Origin: Deltaproteobacteria bacterium
GTDB taxonomy: Bacteria > Myxococcota > JACRCW01
Direction of reading: 5' to 3'
Assembly (NCBI GenBank): GCA_016218805.1
Contig: JACRCW010000169.1
Location: forward strand, 103,269 to 167,268
DNA: 64,000 bases
Shown: piece after piece, positions 1-7,660 of the stretch
How positions within the stretch are numbered: the stretch's first letter is position 1
Layout of the letters: the number at the start of each line of letters is the position of its first letter
Position numbers and translations under genes: made by a program
Notes under the pieces: model-generated
What the model saw: the letters and a program-made list of their open reading frames with translations, nothing else
What the model was told of the DNA's origin: nothing
Database searches by the model: none

Positions 1-2
1 GC

Positions 3-395
3 GCCGCCGTTCCCGGGCGCTCCGTTCTCATCGGTGACAACGACGCGCGCACGCAGCAGGCCGCGTGGGACCGCGGAGAGCCCACCTTCACGCGCGAGAC
101 GCTCGCCGGCCTGTCGCTGCTGGAGGCGCGCGTGCTCGCGGTGCGGCTCGCTTCCGTGGCGGCGGCCGCCGCCCCGCTGGACGAAGCGACCCGGCACGCC
201 TTGGAGGAGCACGTCCGTTTTACGCTTCTTACGCGCCTGCTTGAGGTACACGCCGACGGAGGCCGGCCTGACACCGGCTGGTTCTTCCTGGAGTGGCCCA
301 CGCTGGCCGCGCGCGCCCTGGCCCGCGCCGACCTGCCACCGCCGGCCGCGGCGGCCATTCGCGCCGTGTGGCTCACCGCCTTGGCCAGCGCGTAG
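3..395 (+). CDS. Hypothetical protein, C-terminal part (open from the window start)
   Basis: The frame of ORF 132..395 stays open back to position 3 (AAVPGRSVLIGDND...). GC-rich third positions. No recognisable motif. Confidence 0.5.
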   Translation, partial: AAVPGRSVLIGDNDARTQQAAWDRGEPTFTRETLAGLSLLEARVLAVRLASVAAAAAPLDEATRHALEEHVRFTLLTRLLEVHADGGRPDTGWFFLEWPTLAARALARADLPPPAAAAIRAVWLTALASA

Positions 396-552
396 TGGCC
401 TGGCGTCAACGCGGGAGCTTGCAGGGCTTCCCCCCGCGTGCCGGCAAGGCGCTCTCCCCCGGAGACCGTCCAATGGGATTCTGAGTTGATTGGGCCTCCG
501 CATTGGCCATGCGCCGGTTGACGCGCGCGGGAAAGCGAGTCAACTCGGCGCC

Positions 553-1551
553 ATGGCGACCACACCGCACGACGCGCTGTTCAAGTACGCGTTCAGCGAA
601 CCCCGACGGGCCGCGGAGGTATTGCGCAGTGTGCTGCCGCCGGCCGTCGTGGGCGCTGTGGATTGGGACACGTTGGAGTTGCGGCCAGGCAGCTACGTGG
701 ACGCCGCGCTCGCACAGCGCCACTCGGACCTCGTGTTCGCGGCGCGGCTGCGGGATGGCAAGGCGGCCCGCATTCTTGTGCTGTTTGAGCATCAGAGCGA
801 ACCTGACGACGTGATGCCGTTGCGCCTGCTCGCCTACCAGGTGCGCATATGGGAACGCTGCCTGGGCGATGCCAAGGGCACCCATAAGGTCCCGCCGATC
901 ATCCCGGTGGTGTTGTCCCACGACCCGCGCGGCTGGCACGCACCGACCCGGTTCTCTGAGATCATCGACGTCACGCCGGCGATGCTCGGCATTCTCCGCG
1001 ATCAGGTCCCGGATTTCCGGTTCATCCTGGATGACCTCTCTGCGGTTTCCGACGAGGACCTGCGGGCGCGGGCCCTCAGCGCGCTTGCCAAGCTGGTCTT
1101 GCTGAGCTTGAAACATGCCCGCGGTGACGACGACGACTTTGCCGTCCTGTACGGGAAATGGGTAGACGTGGTCCGTGGCGTCTGGGCGCAGGACGGCCGG
1201 GAGGCATTTGGCGCGGTGGTACGCTATGCTCTGCGCGTCAGCGAACGGACGACGCGTGAGGCGTTGACGAGGGAAGTCGCGGGCCTGTTGGGCGCGGAGG
1301 CGAAGGAGGTCATCATGACGGAAGGTGAAAGGCTGATTGAACAGGGACGCCAACGCGGGTTGCAGCAGGGGCTCCATCAGGGCTTGCAGCAGGGGCTGCG
1401 GCAGGTCTTGGTGAAGCTGCTCCGCATCCGGTTTGGTGAATTGCCGCACCACGTCGTGCAACGCGTGGAGTCCGCCTCGGCGGATGAACTGGACCGGTGG
1501 ACGGAGCGGGTGGTCGCCGCCGACCACCTCGAGGCCGTGTTCGCAGATTGA
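553..1551 (+). CDS. Rpn/YhgA-like recombination-promoting nuclease (PD-(D/E)xK, Transposase_31 family) with a DUF4351-like C-terminal domain
   Basis: MATTPHDALFK start; SDLVF...LFEHQSEPD..MPLRLLAY; PPIIPVVL; QQGL repeats then LLRIRFGELP...LDRW. ATG at 553, 332 aa. Confidence 0.92.
   Translation: MATTPHDALFKYAFSEPRRAAEVLRSVLPPAVVGAVDWDTLELRPGSYVDAALAQRHSDLVFAARLRDGKAARILVLFEHQSEPDDVMPLRLLAYQVRIWERCLGDAKGTHKVPPIIPVVLSHDPRGWHAPTRFSEIIDVTPAMLGILRDQVPDFRFILDDLSAVSDEDLRARALSALAKLVLLSLKHARGDDDDFAVLYGKWVDVVRGVWAQDGREAFGAVVRYALRVSERTTREALTREVAGLLGAEAKEVIMTEGERLIEQGRQRGLQQGLHQGLQQGLRQVLVKLLRIRFGELPHHVVQRVESASADELDRWTERVVAADHLEAVFAD
1315..1551 (+). CDS. Putative nested small protein (RpnS-like antitoxin, 78 aa), in frame within rpn
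   Basis: AAGGAGGT at 1303-1310 lies 4 nt before an in-frame ATG at 1315 (MTEGERLIEQG...), just ahead of the QQGL repeats. Confidence 0.65.
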   Translation: MTEGERLIEQGRQRGLQQGLHQGLQQGLRQVLVKLLRIRFGELPHHVVQRVESASADELDRWTERVVAADHLEAVFAD

Positions 1552-1588
1552 TGGTCTCTCTACAGCCGCCCATGTCTCCAGCGTCTAC

Positions 1589-1666
1589 GCCCGCGGTGAC
1601 GATGACGATCTTGCAGTGTTGTTCGGAAGACGGGTCGCGGCATGCGCCGTGTGGGGCACAGGACGG
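1589..1666 (+). pseudogene. Decayed partial copy of rpn (matches 1117-1197)
   Basis: gcccgcggtgacgatgacgatcttgcagtgttgttcgga... aligns to gcccgcggtgacgacgacgactttgccgtcctgtacggg...; peptide ARGDDDDLAVLFG vs ARGDDDDFAVLYG; both end in (c)aggacggc. Confidence 0.7.
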
Positions 1667-1755
1667 CTGCAACAGGACGTGAAGGTCCGGGAGGGGTGCT
1701 CGCGGTAAGGCTGGCGGCCACCCGTGCGTGGCTCAGCGCAATCCGGCGCGTAACC

Positions 1756-1769
1756 GCGTGACGTCACGC
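1756..1769. promoter_or_regulatory. 14-bp perfect palindrome GCGTGACGTCACGC, possible operator
   Basis: Perfect inverted repeat in the intergenic region about 115 bp upstream of ORF 1883. Function is inferred only. Confidence 0.3.
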
Positions 1770-1882
1770 CGCAATTACAGAGGTAAGCAACTATCCCACC
1801 CGGGTGCCGATAAGACACTCTCCCGTGGATCCTGACGAGCCACGAGACTATGTGTGACGTGGCACCCTGCGGAGCGTCTCCC

Positions 1883-3634
1883 ATGTCCATCCGTTCCGTT
1901 CCCAACTTCTCGCCGGCCCTCAAGCCGCACGCTGAGTGGGTGGACCAGAACGTTGGCAACAAGGACGGCCAGCTCAGCACCGAGGAGTTGGAGACGTACA
2001 AGCAGAAGTTCCCCGACGCGACGATGTACGAGCCGCTCAAGGGCGAGCTCAACCAGGCCACCGGCGCGCCACCCGTGGCGAACACCACGACGGCGACCGG
2101 CGGCGCGGTCAACGTGGCGGGTGGCAACGGCGTGCTGGGCTTCCTGCTCAACAAGGCGGGCGCCACGCCGGCGGGTGGGACCACGGCCGCGTCGGTCAGC
2201 ACCGTGAAGCAGTCCTTGCCGCTGGATGCGCTCACCAAGATTGGCGCGTCCTCCGCGGGCGAGGTGTTCCAGCTGGACAGCGACAGCGTGGCGACGATGT
2301 CCGTGCGTGCTCGGCAGGTGGTGCACCCCACGCACGGCCCGGGCACCGAGCTGAGCATGCGGCTGACGCCCAAGGAGAGCATGGAGCTGTCGGTGGCGTT
2401 TGGCGGCGGCTCCCTGGCGGGCGCGCAGTTGGCGCCCTTCCAGCTGGAGAAGGCGGAGTTCAAGGACGGCGCCACGGTGATGGCCACGGACGCGGCGTAC
2501 CAACCGCAGAAGGGCTATTCGGGGGCCCTGCAGGCGCACCGCGTCGACGAGCCCGGCAAGTTCACCATCGAGTACGTGCCGCCCAAGGACAACCCGCAGG
2601 CATACCGGGACCGGCTGCGCATCCGCGTGTTTGGGAAGACGGACGCGGAGCGCAAGGCCAACCTGGATTCCGCGTTGACCCGCCTGCAGAACACCGCGCT
2701 GGTGGCGGACGCGGACAAGCTGCAGAACGAGCGCCTGCTGCGCCTCAGCGTCATGCGCATGGTGGACCCCAAGCGCGCGGAGGAGCTGGGCGCCAACCTG
2801 GCCGCGCTGGACACCGCGGCGCTGGACGCGGAGCTCAAGGCGCGCGGCGTGGACGAACAACGCATGAAGGGCGTGCACACCGAGGAGGTCTTCCCCGGAC
2901 AGATGACGCCGGTGGACCCGGCGCTTGGGGAACAGTACGCGCAGCTGGGCGTACGCGCGGTGATGGTGGGCGTGCGCGAGGTGGACTTTGCAGCGAAGAT
3001 TCTTTCGTCCGACGGGCTGATGAGCAGCCTGGAGCGCTACGGGCGTGGCATCCACAAGGCGGGCGCCTCCCTGACAGCGGACGAGGCGAGCGGCGGGGCG
3101 GAGTTCGCGTTCACGCGGATGGTGACGCCCAAGGCGGTGGCGTCGTCAGCCAGCATCTCTTCCAGCTACGGCGCGGGCGCGGTGCAGTTGCTCAGCGTGG
3201 GCGACGAGATGAAGAAGTTGCTGTCGCGCACGGACTGGCACGCGTACGCGTCCGACAGCTACGGCGTAACGGTCTCCAAATCCCAGGCGCAGGATGACCC
3301 GCTGGCCAAGTCCGAGATGGACAAGCGGCAGGCCAAGTTCTCCGAGCGTCCCGTCCTGGGCGACCTGGTGGCGCAGATCAACGGCGACAAGCCCGCGCCC
3401 GGTGTCTACGGGAATGGCAGCTTTGCCACGTCCAATGAGGCGTGTTTCAAGAGCGGCGTTGCCGCGCGCGCGTGGACGCATGCGGTGGTGCAGAACGACA
3501 CGGCCAAACAGCAACTCATCAAGGCGCTGACGGACCAGGGCGTCACGCAACTGGGCGGGCAGCCGTTGGACAAGGCGGTTCTTGTCGCGCAGAACTGGAA
3601 GCAGGTTTCCGACGCGCTGGCCTGGCCGGGGTGA
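1883..3634 (+). CDS. Hypothetical 583-aa protein: EF-hand-like N-terminus, putative ADP-ribosyltransferase-like C-terminal domain
   Basis: GGAG before ATG 1883; DQNVGNKDGQLSTEEL; C-terminal pattern KILSSDGLMSSLER...D..SGGAEFAFTR...YASDSYG...SNEACFK. Strong host-like codon bias. No signal peptide. The ART fold is an inference. Confidence 0.6.
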   Translation: MSIRSVPNFSPALKPHAEWVDQNVGNKDGQLSTEELETYKQKFPDATMYEPLKGELNQATGAPPVANTTTATGGAVNVAGGNGVLGFLLNKAGATPAGGTTAASVSTVKQSLPLDALTKIGASSAGEVFQLDSDSVATMSVRARQVVHPTHGPGTELSMRLTPKESMELSVAFGGGSLAGAQLAPFQLEKAEFKDGATVMATDAAYQPQKGYSGALQAHRVDEPGKFTIEYVPPKDNPQAYRDRLRIRVFGKTDAERKANLDSALTRLQNTALVADADKLQNERLLRLSVMRMVDPKRAEELGANLAALDTAALDAELKARGVDEQRMKGVHTEEVFPGQMTPVDPALGEQYAQLGVRAVMVGVREVDFAAKILSSDGLMSSLERYGRGIHKAGASLTADEASGGAEFAFTRMVTPKAVASSASISSSYGAGAVQLLSVGDEMKKLLSRTDWHAYASDSYGVTVSKSQAQDDPLAKSEMDKRQAKFSERPVLGDLVAQINGDKPAPGVYGNGSFATSNEACFKSGVAARAWTHAVVQNDTAKQQLIKALTDQGVTQLGGQPLDKAVLVAQNWKQVSDALAWPG

Positions 3635-3638
3635 GCGC

Positions 3639-4010
3639 ATGCCCCCGGTGACGACGAGCAAGCCGCCCTCACCCGCCGCGCCGGTCCTGGACCGCAACAC
3701 CGTGTATTGGCTGGAGGACACCAGCCGGAAGCTCCCGCCGCAGATCGTCGGTGACGTGGAGTACCGCGCCGCCACGCGCGAGTTGTGCTTCTACGACACC
3801 AACCGGCCGCACGTGCTGCCCGCGCGCCACGTGGGCGGTGATGCGGGCGGGTGGAGGTTTGAGGGTGCCGCCGGCGAGAAGCTGGTCCTGCGCCGGCTGG
3901 ACCGCGTCACGTTTGAAAAGACGTTCCGCGCGGTCACCAGCGGCGCGCCCGCGTTCAAGACGGACGCGGAACTGCAGAAGTTCTACCTGGGCGTCATCCG
4001 TTCCCCCTGA
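3639..4010 (+). CDS. Small hypothetical protein (123 aa), candidate immunity or partner protein
   Basis: ATG 4 nt after the upstream stop. Good codon bias. No motif recognised. Confidence 0.7.
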   Translation: MPPVTTSKPPSPAAPVLDRNTVYWLEDTSRKLPPQIVGDVEYRAATRELCFYDTNRPHVLPARHVGGDAGGWRFEGAAGEKLVLRRLDRVTFEKTFRAVTSGAPAFKTDAELQKFYLGVIRSP

Positions 4011-4049
4011 GGCTGGCGGGGCACCGTGGCCTGTGCCAGCCTCACCGCC

Positions 4050-5024
4050 ATGCCCAACCACGTTGCCCAAGCCCTGTGTGCGGTCTGTTGCGCGGGAGCG
4101 CTGGCCTGCGGTTGCAGCGCCCTGATGCCTGAACGAACAGGCACCATCAGCTGCGAACCGGCCCGCACCCAGCGCGTCATTCCCGACGGTGGCATCCACT
4201 GCCAGCGCTTTTCAGAGATCGGCGTCAGCTGTCAGGAGACCTTCACGCAGGCCGGAGCGTCAGACATCATTTTTGTCGTCGACAATTCGGGATCCATGGC
4301 GGTGGAGGTGGAGGGCATCCGCGAGAACCTCAACGCCATGGCGCGCACCTTTGCGTCCTCCGGGCTGGACTACCACGTTGTCATGGTGACGGAGCGCGGG
4401 GACCGGGCGCTCGCCATCTGCGTGCCCCAACCGCTGGCGGGCTCCGGCTGCTCAGACAGCGAACGCTTCCGCCACGTGAACCGCCACGTGGAATCCAATG
4501 ACGGGCCGGACATCCTCCTGCGTGCGGTTCACGAGGACGAGAGCTTCCGCGGTTTCATGCGCGAGGGCTCGCTGCGCTCCATTGTGTTTGTCACGGATGA
4601 CAACGCGGACATGTCCGCGTCAGCGTTCCTGGCGGGCGTAGCCGCGGAACCGCTGCTGGCCAGCGCGGTGGTGCACGGCGTCATTGGCCCGAGCAGCGCG
4701 CGCTGCCCGGACCAGGCGGCCGGCGGCGTGGAGTACGAAGAGATGGCGCGCACCACCGGCGGCCTCACCATCCCCATCTGCTGCGACCAGTATGACCGCC
4801 TCATGGAGGTGCTGGCCCAGGACATCGCCGCGCAGAACGGGCGCTACGTGCTGGAGCGCCCCGCGCTGGCGGCGAGCATCCGCGTGTTCTTTGACGGCTC
4901 CGGCGGCCGGACCGCGGTCACGGAGGGCTGGACGTACAACGCGGAACTGCACGCCGTGGAGATGGACGCGGCGCACCGGCCCGCCGCCGGTCAGTCCGTG
5001 GTCATTGCGTACACCGCGCAGTGA
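4050..5024 (+). CDS. von Willebrand factor A domain lipoprotein
   Basis: Lipobox-like ALACGC; MIDAS motif DIIFVVDNSGSM; IVFVTDD; YEEMARTTGG. Confidence 0.8.
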   Translation: MPNHVAQALCAVCCAGALACGCSALMPERTGTISCEPARTQRVIPDGGIHCQRFSEIGVSCQETFTQAGASDIIFVVDNSGSMAVEVEGIRENLNAMARTFASSGLDYHVVMVTERGDRALAICVPQPLAGSGCSDSERFRHVNRHVESNDGPDILLRAVHEDESFRGFMREGSLRSIVFVTDDNADMSASAFLAGVAAEPLLASAVVHGVIGPSSARCPDQAAGGVEYEEMARTTGGLTIPICCDQYDRLMEVLAQDIAAQNGRYVLERPALAASIRVFFDGSGGRTAVTEGWTYNAELHAVEMDAAHRPAAGQSVVIAYTAQ

Positions 5025-5043
5025 GGCGGCGCCGCAGCGCCGT

Positions 5044-5637
5044 TCAACCGCTGGAAGAGACGCCGGCGCTGCTGGCCGCGGTCCCTGACGACGCAGGTGC
5101 CGCAGAGCTGTCCGGAGCCGCGCTGGAGGCCGCCGCGGCGGAGGACGCGGCTGCCGCGGAAGACGCCGGTGCCGACGACGCCGGTGCGGCCGACGACGCC
5201 GGTGCGGCCGACGACGCCGGTGCGGCCGACGACGCCGGTGCGGCCGACGACGCGGGCGTAGCGGAACTGGCCGCGGCCACGCTGGAAGAGGTCTCCACCG
5301 AGGATGCCCCGCCCGCGGACGACGACGCGGCGGCCGCGCTGCTGGACGGCGTCACCGCGGACGACGAGGCGACCATGCCCGACGACCCGCCCGTGCCGCC
5401 GTCACCCGTCCCGCCATCCGGGTTCACAATCGGGTCCGGTTGCGGGGGCTCGCCCGGGAGGCACGCGCCATCCGCGCAGTAGAACCCCTCGGTGCAGTCC
5501 GCGTCGTCCTCGCACGGCTGGACAATGCAGTCCTGCTGCCACGGCAGCGGCGAGGAGCAATCAAAGTTGAGCAGCAGTGTGCATCCGCTGCCGGCCAGGG
5601 GCAGCGCCACCAGCGCCGCGCGCACAAGGTTCCTCAC
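5044..5637 (-). CDS. Cys-containing lipoprotein with a Ser/Ala/Pro-rich repeat tail
   Basis: GTG 5637 overlaps the upstream TGA (GTGA); LAGSGC lipobox; CEDDADCTEGFYCADGAC module; (SSAAPA)n tail. Confidence 0.7.
   Translation of the reverse strand: MRNLVRAALVALPLAGSGCTLLLNFDCSSPLPWQQDCIVQPCEDDADCTEGFYCADGACLPGEPPQPDPIVNPDGGTGDGGTGGSSGMVASSSAVTPSSSAAAASSSAGGASSVETSSSVAAASSATPASSAAPASSAAPASSAAPASSAAPASSAPASSAAAASSAAAASSAAPDSSAAPASSGTAASSAGVSSSG
5174..5253. repeat. 18-bp tandem repeat gacgacgccggtgcggcc, ~4.4 copies (encodes AAPASS on the - strand)
   Basis: Identical units start at 5174, 5192, 5210 and 5228. Confidence 0.9.
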
Positions 5638-6263
5638 TTGGCACCTCCACCCGCCGCCGGGGCAGCCGGCGCGGGCGCCGCCTGCGGAATCTCCGTCACC
5701 ACCTGCGTGGGCTGCGCCACTTCCACGGTGTCCTCCGTCGCAAACGGCCACCAGCCGCTGGGCCAGAAGGCCGCCGCAAACCCCAGCCCGCACACCACCG
5801 CAAACGTCGCGGCCACCAGGTAACCCATGTCCGCCGCCAACGCCTTGCGCTCACCAGCCTGCCGCGCGGCAAGGAAGCTGGTGCCCGTGATCTTCTGGCT
5901 CTCAGGCCGGCGGTCATTGCACGCCTTGATGTCGCGCAGGCACATGTAGTCACTCAACGCCCAGATGCCGAACCCGACGCCGGCCCCCACACCGACGACG
6001 GAAACCACCCCGGCGCCCGACGCCACGATGATGCGCTCCAACCGCGAGGGGCCGTCCTTGGGGCGGCTGAGCAGGTACTTCTTCACCTTGCCCAGCATGT
6101 CCTCCTTGGGAGCCGCGGCCGGCGCGGGAGCGGCGGCGGGCGCAGGGTCAGGCGCGGCAGCGGGCGCGGGTTCGGGCGCCGGTGCGGCGGGCGCTTGCGC
6201 GCTGGCGGGAAGCGCCCCGGCCAACAGGGCGCCGCACAACACGGGAATCTGGAGTGCACGCAT
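5634..6263 (-). CDS. Hypothetical exported membrane protein
   Basis: Signal peptide ...ALPASA-QAP, Pro/Ala linker, two hydrophobic helices flanking a Cys pair. Confidence 0.7.
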   Translation of the reverse strand: MRALQIPVLCGALLAGALPASAQAPAAPAPEPAPAAAPDPAPAAAPAPAAAPKEDMLGKVKKYLLSRPKDGPSRLERIIVASGAGVVSVVGVGAGVGFGIWALSDYMCLRDIKACNDRRPESQKITGTSFLAARQAGERKALAADMGYLVAATFAVVCGLGFAAAFWPSGWWPFATEDTVEVAQPTQVVTEIPQAAPAPAAPAAGGGAK

Positions 6264-6328
6264 GGGTGTCGTCCTCGTGACAGGCAACGCGGCGTCGCTA
6301 CCACGCCCTTGGGCGCGGTCCAAGCACC

Positions 6329-7660
6329 TCAGTGCAGGCTCACCTCGGCAATGCACGCCTCGTTCGCCTTGCCGTGCTTCTTCACCTTGTCAATCACAAG
6401 CCTCACCCAGGACGACCGCGTCCCCTTGCGCAGGAACACCAGCACCTGGGGTGCGAACTTCCGCTCCGGTACGGGCACCTCCACCACCGCCAGCACGCCG
6501 CTGTCAGACGGGAACTTCTCGCGCCGGTCCACGCTGGTCTTGCCCATGCCGGCCGTCAGCAGCGAAAAGGCGACCACCTCGTTGTGCGCATTGAGGTCCT
6601 TCTCGTCGCCGGCGCACACGGGGACCACGCGCACCATGCGGATCTCGTGCTCCTCGCGCGTGTGCAGTTCCAGCCACTCGCCCGTCCCGTCACCGCGGGC
6701 GCTCTCCACCCAACTGCTGTCAAAGTTGTTGTCCGTGGCCCAATAGGCGCGCGGCGCCGGGTTGATTTCCGGCTCCGGAGCGTCCTCCGCCGCGGCTCCG
6801 CCGTCCTCGGGGCCAAACGCGTCCTCAAAGCTCATCTCCAGCGCCTTGTCCTGCTCCATCTGCTTGATGTCATCCGGGAGCTTCTGCGAACTGGCCGCCA
6901 CCTTCTTGAGTTTGAGTGACGGGAGGAAGTTCAGCGCCTTGTCTGGGCGGGCGGCGTACTTGCCGGGCCGGCCCTTGTCCCACGCGTAGGTCACCTCCTT
7001 GACGCCCACCACCAGCGTGACGGGGAGATCGCCGCGGCTCCTGGCCTTCACGGCGCGCGGCTCGCGCCGCAGGGACACGTCCACGTTTCCGTCGCCATCC
7101 ACGTCCGCCACGCGGAATCCCGGGGCGTCGTCGCCGTAGGTCGTGCGTTCGCCGCTGTCCTCCGGCTTGTCCGCGGATTCCTCCACCACGGAGAGCGTGA
7201 GCACTTCGCGCGGGGGGCTTTCGTCCAGCTTGTAGATGCGCAGCTGCCGCCGGGTCTCATCCGGGGACTTCTCCAGCAGTTCCACCACCGCCTCGGGCCG
7301 CGGCTCCGCCACCATCTGTTTGACCTCAAAGAGCTTGATCTCGTGCGCCCCCGTCGAGTTGGAGGTCCACACGTGCGCCACCTGCCCGGGTCCCGTCGCC
7401 CGGAACAGCGCCAGCGCAAGTTCCTCGCGCTCATCCTTCACCACGGCGGCCACTTCCAGCTTGCCGTCACCGTCCACGTCAGCCGGTTCCTCCGCCTTGA
7501 CCACCACCAGCCCTTTCTTCCTGGCCGCCGCCAGGGCGCCGTCCGCCGCCGCCTTCTTCTGCTGCGCCAGCTGCTGCGCGGAGGGTTGCGGAGGCGGCGC
7601 TGCGTGCAGCGCCGGGGTGGTGAGCAGGAACACCGGGAGCACCAGGGCGTGTCGCGTCAT
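6329..7660 (-). CDS. Secreted protein with FG-GAP-like Ca-binding motifs and a C-terminal discoidin/F5-8-like domain
   Basis: Signal peptide ALHA; DVDGDG twice; ATDNNFDSSWVE...GDGTGEWLEL...CIAEVSL. TGATG overlap with the acyl-CoA ligase gene. Confidence 0.7.
   Translation of the reverse strand: MTRHALVLPVFLLTTPALHAAPPPQPSAQQLAQQKKAAADGALAAARKKGLVVVKAEEPADVDGDGKLEVAAVVKDEREELALALFRATGPGQVAHVWTSNSTGAHEIKLFEVKQMVAEPRPEAVVELLEKSPDETRRQLRIYKLDESPPREVLTLSVVEESADKPEDSGERTTYGDDAPGFRVADVDGDGNVDVSLRREPRAVKARSRGDLPVTLVVGVKEVTYAWDKGRPGKYAARPDKALNFLPSLKLKKVAASSQKLPDDIKQMEQDKALEMSFEDAFGPEDGGAAAEDAPEPEINPAPRAYWATDNNFDSSWVESARGDGTGEWLELHTREEHEIRMVRVVPVCAGDEKDLNAHNEVVAFSLLTAGMGKTSVDRREKFPSDSGVLAVVEVPVPERKFAPQVLVFLRKGTRSSWVRLVIDKVKKHGKANEACIAEVSLH

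Noticed and set aside
553-1551. rpn as an active IS transposase
   Set aside because: No terminal inverted repeats or target duplication seen; the YhgA-like family is not known to transpose despite the legacy name.
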